From: a virus
DNA: 64,000 nt
Direction: 5' to 3' (one strand)
Virus record (IMG/VR): IMGVR_UViG_3300022226_000002
Location: 1-64,000 of that record
Shown one piece after another: positions 35,453 through 44,957 of the stretch. Below the pieces are notes generated by a model, which was given only the letters and a program-made list of their open reading frames with translations, was not told where the DNA came from and did no database searches. How positions within the stretch are numbered: the first letter of the stretch is position 1; each line of letters begins with the position of its first letter. A program made the position numbers and the translations under genes.

Positions 35453-35560
35453 AGATATCGCGTGCCGAGAGAGCAGAAAGCGATATGTTGAATTGTACGT
35501 CATGGTCTCTCTCGGCTGAAGTTCCACTGCTCTGCTTCGCTCAGAGCGTTCACGTAGTTT

Positions 35561-35869
35561 CTACTCTCTGACTGAAACTGTCAAGATTCCCATTTCGTGG
35601 GCCGCCTCTAAAACATGCCCATCGCCTGGATCGGCCTCGATTCCGTGGCATCCTGCAGCGGTTTCCATCTCGATGATCCGCTCCCGAAGCGAGGTGCAGC
35701 CCGCGCACTGCTTGTGGGTGAACGGATCACCCTGGAAGATGCCAGTGGTCTTCTGGTAGATTTCGCCTTTCTGAATCGTTCTACCGCACTCGTAGCACTG
35801 ATGTGGCTTTCGAGCCCTGGGTTTTGATTGGGTAAAGCAGTCGTAGGGTTCGGTGTCTATGAAGCACAT
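35561..35869 (-). CDS. Zn-binding phage protein
   Basis: RARKPHQCYECG...GEIY...CAGC. Confidence 0.75.
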   Translation of the reverse strand: MCFIDTEPYDCFTQSKPRARKPHQCYECGRTIQKGEIYQKTTGIFQGDPFTHKQCAGCTSLRERIIEMETAAGCHGIEADPGDGHVLEAAHEMGILTVSVRE

Positions 35870-35872
35870 GGA

Positions 35873-36244
35873 TTACTCCCTTGTCATCCAATCCACCACC
35901 TCCCACAGCTCAATCCTACGGGGGGCGTTCGGGCTAGTCAGTTCCAGGTACGCCGCCAGGTCGAAATCTGAGGGCCTGCGTGCCCTCAGGAGGGCCAATT
36001 GCCGAGATTCCGGCCATTCACCCTTATTCTCGAAAGGACCGCCGTTACAGGCCCAGCAGAGCACCAGAACGGCATATGGCTGGTCGAGGGCCTTCTGGCG
36101 GTTTGTTCCGTTGGCTATTTCGTGTACGCACAGTTTCCGCTTCGCTCCGCAGTTCTCGCAGCGGCCGACCCGTGCAACCAGGGCCTCTCGGAACGGTTTG
36201 GCCTCCCGCTCACGCCGAGCCCGTTTCTTACTTTTTGTCCGCAT
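35873..36244 (-). CDS. HNH-like nuclease
   Basis: CENCG...VHEIANG..R...LVLCWACN. Confidence 0.65.
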   Translation of the reverse strand: MRTKSKKRARREREAKPFREALVARVGRCENCGAKRKLCVHEIANGTNRQKALDQPYAVLVLCWACNGGPFENKGEWPESRQLALLRARRPSDFDLAAYLELTSPNAPRRIELWEVVDWMTRE

Positions 36245-36478
36245 CTGCGCCGTTATCCTTCAAAATAAACGACCAGTCAGTTCCGACCATTGCCAGAAAC
36301 AGTACGTCGCCTTCAATCTCCACCGGCCTGACATGGGAGTCCTCCAGCCGACGACAGAAACACTCGATGCACAGAACTTCGTGGGGTTGGCATCCTGCCA
36401 AACTCCACAGATCATCGGACACGGAAAATTCAAACCGCTGCACTCGCTCGCAGCGATCACAGGTTTGATGGTTCAAAG

Positions 36479-37369
36479 TCACACTCCACACATGCCGCTG
36501 CACTCATCCGCAAATAGCGGCAGCTGGTTTTTGTCCTGGTCCTTCCACAGGTTCGCCTGATCCAACGGAACCCTGTCCGAGTGAACATACACATCCCCTC
36601 GCATGCCACCACACTTTCGGATGGCGGCGTCGAATTCCACGGCCTCCTGCCATGCCTCGGGGTCATTGGCCTGCATTTCTCGCCACTCCCGGTTGTGGTG
36701 GTACGGACAGGCAATACAGGCTGACCTCGGTGCCTGGGGATAGCCATGCTCCTCCAGCCACTGAAGGCACATAATACGGGTGATCCGACGCTCGACCAGC
36801 GGATACCAGTTCTCCGCAAACTTATCCTCGCTGATTCGCATCCTCTGTCGCTCGTCGTGGCTGATCCCGTACCAGCGTCTGATGACAACTTCCTTGGGTG
36901 CTCGCTGCCGGGGTTTTAGTCCAAGAACCTGACGCCGGATACAAAGTTCGATCGGTCGGATCTTGTACTCGTAGGTGCATTGCCTGCGAATCTGGCCACG
37001 TTCACCATTTGGGCCGAGAACGAAATACGGCATGCTGGCCCAGCGGCTTTTTTTGGCACCATCTCCTGGTTCCCCGCGAACTTGTCCCTCTAGTGCGTTT
37101 GCCTTGATATTCCCAATCGACACCCTGTGGGCCTTAATTCCGGCCTTTGTCGCCTTCTCCTCCAGCCAGTCCATCTGCTCATAGACAGCCTTTGGTTCCC
37201 AACCGGTGTCGGCGAAGATGGCGTGGTCTAGCCGAGGCAGTTCCCCCTCGATCGACATGAGCAGCACGGTACTGGACTGGACGCCAGCACCGAGGTTGAG
37301 AACTTCAATCAGTTCCGTCATGGTGGCCTCCCGCTCCCGCTTCGCCCTCTTTTTGCTCTTGGTCCGCAT
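36479..37369 (-). CDS. PAPS-reductase-like adenine nucleotide alpha-hydrolase
   Basis: LNLGAGVQSS, FADTGWE, RQCT..YKI.PI, SACIACPY, ECSGMCGV; start may be 37369 or 37321. Confidence 0.8.
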   Translation of the reverse strand: MRTKSKKRAKREREATMTELIEVLNLGAGVQSSTVLLMSIEGELPRLDHAIFADTGWEPKAVYEQMDWLEEKATKAGIKAHRVSIGNIKANALEGQVRGEPGDGAKKSRWASMPYFVLGPNGERGQIRRQCTYEYKIRPIELCIRRQVLGLKPRQRAPKEVVIRRWYGISHDERQRMRISEDKFAENWYPLVERRITRIMCLQWLEEHGYPQAPRSACIACPYHHNREWREMQANDPEAWQEAVEFDAAIRKCGGMRGDVYVHSDRVPLDQANLWKDQDKNQLPLFADECSGMCGV

Positions 37370-37533
37370 CATTCCATGTCCATGCCAACAGAACGATTTC
37401 CATGACAGCTGCGTCAATAACACTGTCCGCTGGCAAATCGACTGGCGGATCTCGCCAGCCTAAAAAATGTCTTTTAATGGCTTCGTTGCCCTCCCGAACC
37501 AGTTCACTGTCCATCGGTTTCTCCCGGCCAGAA

Positions 37534-37755
37534 TCACCTCTCCCTTTTGACTTGCTGGATCAGCCGCTTGTTGGCCAGCCGCCGGTCCTGCCAACACTCG
37601 AAGCAGGTGCCCGAGTCGATATGCACCAACTCGGTCCTGTGGCCGCAGCTGGCCCGGATACCGTTCTTGTGTCGCCGGAATAGCGCCATCATGGCCTCGT
37701 GCTGTTCGTGCTGTCGCGTCCAACTCTGAATCTTCTTAGTTGATTGTCGTCGCAT
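37534..37755 (-). CDS. Small hypothetical protein
   Basis: Coupled to upstream stop; CGH...CFEC. Confidence 0.5.
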   Translation of the reverse strand: MRRQSTKKIQSWTRQHEQHEAMMALFRRHKNGIRASCGHRTELVHIDSGTCFECWQDRRLANKRLIQQVKRER

Positions 37756-38021
37756 CACTCCAGCCCTTTTTCCTCGGCCAGCCACCGCGGAATCCGAATG
37801 CTGTCAATCCAATCGTCCCGTTCGGGCACGTCTCCGTCTATCTGGCTGATCGGGATCCACAGCGCGATGTCGCCATCGTAATCCTCCGTGTCGGTCAGGC
37901 CGATCGCCTTGTCCGTCCTCGCCAGCACCAGCATTTCGTCGGCGAACACGATTTCGACGATCTCGCCGCGGGGTTCGGGCTTGTCCTGGAATTTGTCGGG
38001 CCATTCGCTAAGTGGCATCAT
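37755..38021 (-). CDS. Small acidic beta-barrel-like protein
   Basis: TDKAI...WIPISQI...IPRWLAEEKGL. Confidence 0.75.
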   Translation of the reverse strand: MMPLSEWPDKFQDKPEPRGEIVEIVFADEMLVLARTDKAIGLTDTEDYDGDIALWIPISQIDGDVPERDDWIDSIRIPRWLAEEKGLE

Positions 38022-38341
38022 AATTCCTCCTCGAATTCAAACTCCCTGTGAACCGTCCCGGCCCTCAGGAGTTTCGGCGTCAGCTCGTAAGGCTGAATCG
38101 GCTCGTCCTGCCGCTTCTCGGCCATTGCTCGAGCGATCTCCTCCGAAACCGGCGTGATGGCGTAAATCGACCCGGTGCCGATCAGTTTGCTCCACGCCTG
38201 GGTTTTCTCGGTCTTGGGAACGTCGACCCGGACAAAGCCTGTACCGGCAATAACCTGTTCAGTTACGCGGCCGATGTAGCGCTGATGCCCCATCACATCA
38301 ACGATGGCCCATTCGTCAAAGGTTGGTGCGTGATCTGTCAT
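38018..38341 (-). CDS. Conserved phage hypothetical protein
   Basis: WAIVDVMGH..YIGRVTE...FVRVDVP...SIYAITP. Confidence 0.75.
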   Translation of the reverse strand: MTDHAPTFDEWAIVDVMGHQRYIGRVTEQVIAGTGFVRVDVPKTEKTQAWSKLIGTGSIYAITPVSEEIARAMAEKRQDEPIQPYELTPKLLRAGTVHREFEFEEEL

Positions 38342-38721
38342 GCGTTTCCTTTCTGAGTTCGGACTTGATGGCATCCCTTGCACCGCACTGCCAACCCATA
38401 TGTCTCGCAGAACAAACGTTCGGCGAACGGACGAAAGTCGTCCCAGCTTTTCAGCTGCCCGCACGGGACTATGTGGTCCACCTCTACCTCTTTCCGCGGG
38501 AACCATCCCAAGCAGTCGGCGCATTCATACTCCCATTTCAAACGCTTGTTGCTGCTCTGGCTCGGCCGGCGCGCCTGCTTCAGGGCCAGTCTTGCCAAAG
38601 GCGGCCATTTTCGCGAGGCGGCTCGCAAGTTTGAGCGGAGGAAGGCCCAGAACGAAGCCTCGGTCCACTCTCCGCCAGCACGGGTTCTAGCCACGCGGTT
38701 TGTCTTGGGTTTCCGGGCCAT
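38338..38721 (-). CDS. HNH endonuclease
   Basis: YECADC...VEVDHIVP...LAVRCKGCH. Confidence 0.85.
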   Translation of the reverse strand: MARKPKTNRVARTRAGGEWTEASFWAFLRSNLRAASRKWPPLARLALKQARRPSQSSNKRLKWEYECADCLGWFPRKEVEVDHIVPCGQLKSWDDFRPFAERLFCETYGLAVRCKGCHQVRTQKGNA

Positions 38722-38862
38722 CAAAACAGCTTCTTCTGTGCGTCCAGGACGTTCTTCACGGCGGAATCGACTCGACGTTCCAATTCTTTGGCCGTGCTGA
38801 GCCACTGGGGTGAACGCTCTTTGAAATATGACTTTTGAGCGTCTCGCATCTGTCGGACCAGT

Positions 38863-39090
38863 TCAGCGAATTCCTCGATCTTCATTTATCCTAACCCATT
38901 GTGTTCCGATACACTCGTCACCACCCTTGTTGAAAATAGGCTGGGCAACAAACTCCGCTGTCTCACCCTGTTGTAATTCTCCAAACCCAAGAATGGTTAT
39001 CGGTTCCTTACAAACAACATTGATAGTATCGTGTGGTCTGGGTGATCCAGGAAGAGAATACTTTTCTGATCGTGGTATCTCGAGCTTCAT
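38863..39090 (-). CDS. Hypothetical protein
   Basis: RBS and ATGA coupling. Confidence 0.5.
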   Translation of the reverse strand: MKLEIPRSEKYSLPGSPRPHDTINVVCKEPITILGFGELQQGETAEFVAQPIFNKGGDECIGTQWVRINEDRGIR

Positions 39091-39350
39091 TTATCCTCTC
39101 CTCCATTCTTCACCTGCTTTCGCAGTTCGATAAACGCGGCCGACGCCTTGTCCAGGCGATCTGTCACAGTTGCCTCTAGCTTCCCGAATTCCATGTGCAG
39201 CCGTTTCATGGCTTGGTCACGCTCTGATTCGCGGGTCTGCAAATCCTTGACCTGCTTCCGCAGCAACTCGATCGCCATCGACCGCAACTGTTCCCGATAG
39301 GCTTCGACCTGGCCCTTCAAGCGAGCGATTTCAAGGTCCTTCTCGTCCAT
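39087..39350 (-). CDS. Coiled-coil protein
   Basis: TAATG coupling; heptad pattern. Confidence 0.65.
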   Translation of the reverse strand: MDEKDLEIARLKGQVEAYREQLRSMAIELLRKQVKDLQTRESERDQAMKRLHMEFGKLEATVTDRLDKASAAFIELRKQVKNGGEDK

Positions 39351-39757
39351 TAGTTTCCATATGCAAGCATGTCGCAGAGACGATTTGACTTAAGTAATCG
39401 CCCCCAAAATTCGCCTCTTTGAGCAGTAACCTCGCGGCACATATCGGCGACCGTAATTTTGGAACCCAATTCGCCCTTGGAAGACAACCACAATTCGTAC
39501 GCGCTCCATCCGAACCACAACTCAAGTTCGTCGACAGGTGGCGTTACGATCAAAGGAGACATAAATCCTAGAGCAACTAGACGCCGAGACAGCGGGACAA
39601 CTTCTGGACTCTCGTACAACTCACGCGGGTCAAGGTCGTAACCGCCAATCGTCAACTGATATGGATCGCCTCGGTTCAAGACAACATGCGTCGCACGGCG
39701 TAAAGCGTTTACAAGATCGGCCTCTGTATCGTCTTTGTGAACCATCAGTAAATTCAT
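39350..39757 (-). CDS. Hypothetical protein
   Basis: GYDLDPRELYESPEV motif; coupled to helicase. Confidence 0.65.
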   Translation of the reverse strand: MNLLMVHKDDTEADLVNALRRATHVVLNRGDPYQLTIGGYDLDPRELYESPEVVPLSRRLVALGFMSPLIVTPPVDELELWFGWSAYELWLSSKGELGSKITVADMCREVTAQRGEFWGRLLKSNRLCDMLAYGN

Positions 39758-41355
39758 CGTCTGCTCCTCAGATGCGGATACACAGCTTCCGGTGCGCGTT
39801 TCATGTCCGCCGAGTTATCGGGTAAATACTTCAAACCCTTGCGAGGCCATCGCCCCTGCTCACGCTGAAACATCGCCTTGCACCAGTTCAGCGTCTTCTT
39901 CTGTTTGTCGCGATTCTGAGCTTTGGAATTCCATCCGCGCGCGATGAAGACCCACTTAAGCCACGCTGCTTCTTCGCTGTCTTGATTCTTTTTCTTGCGC
40001 CTGCGAATCTCATCGGCCGGAACCGACCGAATGGAACCATCCTCGAACCGAATACGGCGAACTGACTTGGTGCCGACGTTCTCGCCGCAATTCGGGCATT
40101 TCCCTCCGACGCATTTCTGATAGGGTCTGAGTGCTTCTTTGCACATCGGGCACACCCATGGCTTGCGGGTAGCCCAGGACTCTCCACATGATTCGCACTT
40201 ATAGTTGCCGTCAATTGGTCCGTAAATGTCCTTGGAACCGCATTTTGGACAGCGAGTACCAGCTTTTCGCTCGTTGATCTCTTCGATGGTCTGGTCGTTA
40301 GTAATCTCACACCAGGGTGGGTCTTGATCCGGGTGAACCATGTGGCGCCACAGGTTTCCGGCGAAATCAATTACGACTGCTGACTCTTGACCTTCGTGTG
40401 GGCGTTTAATTCGCCCAAGTTTCTGCCAGTACACCCGAAATTGGTGAGTGGGCTGAAGGTCAATCAAACACTGTGCGATTGGCAAGTCGAGTCCTTCTCG
40501 GACCACATCCACGCCGAGCAGCATCTGGCAGTCTGTCTCTTTGAATTCGCTGAATGTGTCGTCTCGCTCATCCTGATGAGTTGTTCCGTCCACGATCTTC
40601 GCGGTAATGCCTTGAGTTATGGCAATCTTGTGGAACTGGTTGCACACCGCGCGATTCGGGAAAACCACCATCGTCTGCATGTGCCGATACGGTTCCCACT
40701 CCTTGAAGACGTCGCCGTACACGGTGCAGGATTCGACTCGTTGTCCAATCTCGTCCTGACTGGCGGACTTCAGGTTGATCCCACCCATATCGGGCTCGCT
40801 CGGCGCTAGATACGGGTATACTGGCAACAAGTGCCGCGCTTCAATCACTGCGGTATTCCGAATTGGCTCGATAACCACATCAAAATGGCCAATCTTCGAC
40901 CCTCCTGGTCCAACAGGAGTTGCCGTCAGCCCAAGGGCACGTACAGACGGGAATCGCTCTTTCAGCAACCTGCGGTAAGCGTCGTTCTCCTGGTGGGCTT
41001 CGTCGAGGATGATGAAGTCGGGCTGGTCGATCCCATGGAACTTGCGGCGCTTAAGCGTCTGGATGCTGGCAACTTGCACTGGGGCTTCATGGTCTTGGTC
41101 TTCGCTCCCCATAATGATGCCCGTGCGTATACCGGCCTGCTTACAGTGGTCACGGAGCTGGCGAACAATCTGGCGCCGGTTCGTAGCAATCAGGACTCGA
41201 TTGCCCTTGGATGCGGACTTCATTCCCATGTCGGCGATGACGACGCCCTTGCCGAATCCGGTCGGCGCTGTGGCGAGCACGCAACGATTCCTGCTGAACG
41301 CTTTGCGGATCTCGTCCTCAAATTCGACCTGTTGTGGGCGAAGCGTGTACGTCAT
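39754..41355 (-). CDS. SF2 DEAH-box helicase with C-terminal Zn ribbons
   Basis: LRPQQ, APTGFGKG, LDEAH, GLTATP, EGLDLP, QKLGRIKR; several CxxC pairs. Confidence 0.92.
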   Translation of the reverse strand: MTYTLRPQQVEFEDEIRKAFSRNRCVLATAPTGFGKGVVIADMGMKSASKGNRVLIATNRRQIVRQLRDHCKQAGIRTGIIMGSEDQDHEAPVQVASIQTLKRRKFHGIDQPDFIILDEAHQENDAYRRLLKERFPSVRALGLTATPVGPGGSKIGHFDVVIEPIRNTAVIEARHLLPVYPYLAPSEPDMGGINLKSASQDEIGQRVESCTVYGDVFKEWEPYRHMQTMVVFPNRAVCNQFHKIAITQGITAKIVDGTTHQDERDDTFSEFKETDCQMLLGVDVVREGLDLPIAQCLIDLQPTHQFRVYWQKLGRIKRPHEGQESAVVIDFAGNLWRHMVHPDQDPPWCEITNDQTIEEINERKAGTRCPKCGSKDIYGPIDGNYKCESCGESWATRKPWVCPMCKEALRPYQKCVGGKCPNCGENVGTKSVRRIRFEDGSIRSVPADEIRRRKKKNQDSEEAAWLKWVFIARGWNSKAQNRDKQKKTLNWCKAMFQREQGRWPRKGLKYLPDNSADMKRAPEAVYPHLRSRR

Positions 41356-42158
41356 TTTAGCCCTTTCTTCCACGCATCCAGCGAGTTGAACAACTCCTTG
41401 GCAGCCTCAATCACACGGTCCCCCCGCTTCCCTGGGAACCGTTCCCGATACACGTCGATTCCAGCTGGGTTCCCATTCATCCACCGTCCAACGGTATCGG
41501 CCCAACCTTTCAGAACCTGCTGAACCTCCCACACCTCCTTCTCTCGGCCGGTTTTGGCTGTTATGGGCGGCGACTCCATGCCCGTGCTGGCGTCCGGACT
41601 GGCGCCGGCTGGAGCGGACGAACCGCCTTCCCCGCCGGCTGAAACGTCCGCATTACCCTGCGGAGGTTGATCTCCCACCTTACTGCTAGGCAATGGTGCA
41701 AATTGCACTTTTGGGGCCTTCCTCTCCGCAACCACATATTTGACTAACCGTATTGACACTCCGGCTTTAGAGGCAATCTCGGCCTGAGTCATCTTGTCGC
41801 CATTGTCCAGTAGCCACTCAACACAGGCCCGTTTGTCCGCGCGGCTCATGCGGAGCCCGTGGCGGTCGTTGGCGGTCATGCCGAAGATTCTGGCGTCCTT
41901 GACTGTGCCCTTGTGGACGCGACACGGAATGGAGCTCCGCTTGGCTCTCTGAGCCGCCAGAGTGCGGTGAAAGCCGTCGGCCACGAGGTAGTCGGTCCCA
42001 TCGTGGAACACGTCTAGAGGGCCGAAGGGCCATTCTCCATCGCTCTCGGCGATGAGATCAGCGTAATCCTCGACAACTTCTTCATCGATCGAGATTCGGC
42101 TTTGTGTTCCAGCATCGATTCTGATCGTGTCGACTGACAGAATCTGTGTTTTCGCCAT
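41352..42158 (-). CDS. ParB/Srx N-terminal domain protein with HTH
   Basis: VADGFHRTLAA, ANDRHGLRMSRADKR, TQAEIASKAGVS. Confidence 0.85.
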   Translation of the reverse strand: MAKTQILSVDTIRIDAGTQSRISIDEEVVEDYADLIAESDGEWPFGPLDVFHDGTDYLVADGFHRTLAAQRAKRSSIPCRVHKGTVKDARIFGMTANDRHGLRMSRADKRACVEWLLDNGDKMTQAEIASKAGVSIRLVKYVVAERKAPKVQFAPLPSSKVGDQPPQGNADVSAGGEGGSSAPAGASPDASTGMESPPITAKTGREKEVWEVQQVLKGWADTVGRWMNGNPAGIDVYRERFPGKRGDRVIEAAKELFNSLDAWKKGLK

Positions 42159-42171
42159 CCGTTGGCCCCCA

Positions 42172-42290
42172 AAAAGAAAGAGCCTTGCCCCAACGACTGC
42201 TGCCGGATATCACGCCGGTCCCTTTCGGGAATCGCTGGGGCAAGGCTCTCACCTTCTTAGCATCGAATTGTCGTGATATAGCCAGCATTG
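42172..42290 (-). ncRNA. C4/CI-like structured leader RNA
   Basis: 14-bp perfect outer stem, GAAA hairpin and CCGG hairpin in a three-way junction, then a U-tract; upstream complementary sites. Confidence 0.55.
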
Positions 42291-42333
42291 ATCCGTCAAT
42301 CTAAAACAGACAGCTGCGACAAGTCAATCTGAA

Positions 42334-42693
42334 TCATCTGACAGTCATCGGACCAGGGTATTTCAGACGCAACTTCAACACCCACGCTTGAACCAGTTCC
42401 GCCTGCTCAACCGTCACTTCACTGTCGTCGTAGAGCCACTCAGGAGTGGCCTTCCGTATCCAGTCCGAAACCTCTTCGCGAGTCAGATCCGGTTTATCGA
42501 TGTTTCCGTCTTTCCAGAGGTCGTACAGCCCGTCGGGACTCGCACACACAATCTCGTACTCGCGCAACCCTGGAACTGGTGACACAGCGAAAGCCACATC
42601 ACCAGGACGACTCATAATAAACAAGATTCCGTAACCCTTGTGGTTTTTAAGCTCTTCCAGTTTCTGGATTTGCTGTCTCGTCGTGTCGTTCAT
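42334..42693 (-). CDS. Hypothetical protein
   Basis: Start MNDTTRQ after AGGAG. Confidence 0.6.
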   Translation of the reverse strand: MNDTTRQQIQKLEELKNHKGYGILFIMSRPGDVAFAVSPVPGLREYEIVCASPDGLYDLWKDGNIDKPDLTREEVSDWIRKATPEWLYDDSEVTVEQAELVQAWVLKLRLKYPGPMTVR

Positions 42694-42785
42694 TATGATT
42701 TCTCCTAAAAAAACCCCGGCCGACCCCCCTCGTTTCCTGTGAGAGGCTATCCGCCGATGGGATCCGTGCGGTAGCCGGCCAGGGT

Positions 42786-42983
42786 TCATGGCTGCCTTTT
42801 TGTCGGCCGACCTTCATCCTGTGCTCGTTTGATAGCGTCCCGCACCTCCTTCCGATGAACTGACAGGTCCGAAGGCGCTGTGATGCCGAGACGCACTTTA
42901 TCGCCACGAATTTCGACGACCATGATTTCGATGTCGTCCCCGATGGTGATCACTTCATTCAGATGTCTGCTAAGCACGAGCAT
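42786..42983 (-). CDS. csrA: Carbon storage regulator CsrA homolog
   Basis: [42 protein letters not shown]. Confidence 0.95.
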   Translation of the reverse strand: MLVLSRHLNEVITIGDDIEIMVVEIRGDKVRLGITAPSDLSVHRKEVRDAIKRAQDEGRPTKRQP

Positions 42984-42995
42984 TTATGACTCCTT

Positions 42996-44195
42996 TCAAA
43001 TCCTTGTCGAAGTGGGGAGCGGAAGGTCTGTCCGGAGAGTGACAAGTTGACGAGTAATCTCCAATTTGCTTTGAAACTCAATCAACGCTTTCCGCTTGGC
43101 AGGCTTGATACGTTCGTCGTCTGCCTTGGCCGCCTGGATGGCCGCTTCCGCGGTGCCGAATTCCTTGATGAGATCAGCAGCGCCCTTCTCACCGACCCCG
43201 ACAGCACCCTTGATTCCATCGGTGGCGTCACCCATCAGACACTGGAACTCCACCCATTGTCCGGGGCGAATGCCGGTCGCCTCTGTGTGCTGCTTCGCGC
43301 TGAGCCACTTGTATTCGGGCAGCATGTCACCGCTGGTTTCGTCCTCGACCCACTCCACATCGAGCAACATGTTACACTTGTCGCTGAGGCATTGTTTGCA
43401 GTCCTTGTCTTGCGTCAGGAGCGTAACCCGGCCGTCGAACTGCTTGGCAAAACTGGCCATGCAATCGTCGGCTTCCTGCCCTTCAACCTGCACGCATGCG
43501 TACCCATGACCCTCGAGCAATTCATGCACAAGGTTCAATTGCTGGCCGAGTTCCGGGTCTTTCGGAGGGCGGTCCTTGTACTTCTCATCCCAACTCTCAG
43601 TTAGCTCCTTGCGGTGATTGACCTTGCTATCGAAACAACAGGCAACGTCGGTCAGGCCCTTGTCCTGCAGTCGTTCAGCTGTCCGCTGCACCCACGATGA
43701 CACTCCGACAGCCGCTTCAACGCCGGCTCCCGAGTACCAGAAGCGGTGCAGGAAGTAGTTCACGTCGACGGCCAGCAGCCACCGAGGCCGGTTGTCGTCA
43801 GCTCGTTCCTGTTGGTCGGCCTTGCGCGACTCGTCTGTAGTCAGGCCCTTGTCGACAATGTCTTCGAGCCGCTCGTGGCGATCTGAACGACCAGCGTTCC
43901 TCATATACTGCGAATAGGTCGCTTCGATCTCGCGGTCTTCCTCTTTTGGATAGGACTTACAAACGCCTGCCGCGCGAGTCACCATTCCTGGGCTTGCCCA
44001 CTCGGGCCAGACCTGGAAGTGCTTGTCTGGCCACCGCGATTCACAGTAGCGATAGAGGTCCCCAATCTGGAACATCACGTCGCGCTGCTGTTCGCAGAGC
44101 CCCCTGGCGTATGACTCGGCCATTTCCATTGTCATGCCACTGCAGTCCAGGAAACGCTTTCGCATTCGCGGTTGGGGTTGGGGTTGATCGCTCAT
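42996..44195 (-). CDS. 5'-3' exonuclease / flap endonuclease with N-terminal extension
   Basis: LAVDVN, CFDS, YKDRP, EADD, QDKD..Q, LMGDATDGIKGAVGVGEKGA. Confidence 0.9.
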   Translation of the reverse strand: MSDQPQPQPRMRKRFLDCSGMTMEMAESYARGLCEQQRDVMFQIGDLYRYCESRWPDKHFQVWPEWASPGMVTRAAGVCKSYPKEEDREIEATYSQYMRNAGRSDRHERLEDIVDKGLTTDESRKADQQERADDNRPRWLLAVDVNYFLHRFWYSGAGVEAAVGVSSWVQRTAERLQDKGLTDVACCFDSKVNHRKELTESWDEKYKDRPPKDPELGQQLNLVHELLEGHGYACVQVEGQEADDCMASFAKQFDGRVTLLTQDKDCKQCLSDKCNMLLDVEWVEDETSGDMLPEYKWLSAKQHTEATGIRPGQWVEFQCLMGDATDGIKGAVGVGEKGAADLIKEFGTAEAAIQAAKADDERIKPAKRKALIEFQSKLEITRQLVTLRTDLPLPTSTRI

Positions 44196-44257
44196 GGCTT
44201 TTTACCCTGTTGTGCGCCACGCACCTCGAAGAACTGGTCACGCATCCTGGTCATTAC

Positions 44258-44461
44258 TTATTCCACCTTACTTCGCAACTCATCCAGTGCTACTTCCAAA
44301 GCCTCTCGCAGCGCGACGTGAGGAATGTAATCAGACATCCTCTCGAAGACATCACGCACGATTTGGTGCAGGTCTGGCCCTGATTCCCTGTGCATTGCTT
44401 CGCCAAGACCCCACTCCTCGCCCTTGTCGTACTCTACCGCAAACTCCAATGTGAATTTCAT
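44258..44461 (-). CDS. Small hypothetical protein
   Basis: Start MKFTLEF after AGGAG. Confidence 0.5.
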   Translation of the reverse strand: MKFTLEFAVEYDKGEEWGLGEAMHRESGPDLHQIVRDVFERMSDYIPHVALREALEVALDELRSKVE

Positions 44462-44474
44462 CGTATGGTCTCCT

Positions 44475-44957
44475 TCATGCTGTCTCCTCGGACAGCAGGA
44501 TCGTTGAGTCGTCGTACGGGTCAAACCCGACAAAGTCCACTCGCTCGAACTTACCCACCCGCTTCAGCCATGCAGCGATATCGTCGAGGATTGACGGTGG
44601 CCCCCATGCCGACTGAAACTTGATGGCGATAGGATTCCCGTCGCCACCGAGGGGAAACGCCTGCATGTCATACGTGCCCCACTTTGTCCCCCAGTTCTCG
44701 GCAGCCCAGTCATACCAACTCGTGTCATCACTGGCCGTCCTGATGATTGCGCCGTCTTCGCCCTTACGTTCCGTCCACACACTTGCTCTCGTGCCATCTG
44801 ACATGATTGCCGTGCCTGAATGGAGTTCCTCCGTGTGCTCGGGCATTGGCTTGACCACAGCACACAAGTTCGTGTCTTGGTGACGCTCATTGAAGTCGTC
44901 GCAGTCGAAGTCGTGCCCTGGTGAGCAAATTGCGATGGTTGTGTAGTGGTTTGGCAT
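44475..44957 (-). CDS. YubB/DUF1281-like ferredoxin-fold protein
   Basis: MPNH...WYDWAAENWGTKW...FQSAWGPP. Confidence 0.8.
   Translation of the reverse strand: MPNHYTTIAICSPGHDFDCDDFNERHQDTNLCAVVKPMPEHTEELHSGTAIMSDGTRASVWTERKGEDGAIIRTASDDTSWYDWAAENWGTKWGTYDMQAFPLGGDGNPIAIKFQSAWGPPSILDDIAAWLKRVGKFERVDFVGFDPYDDSTILLSEETA

Noticed and set aside
34620-35527. Several overlapping ORFs of 60-240 aa
   Set aside because: No RBS or motif support and they cross a terminator; the region is likely non-coding or holds only short peptides.
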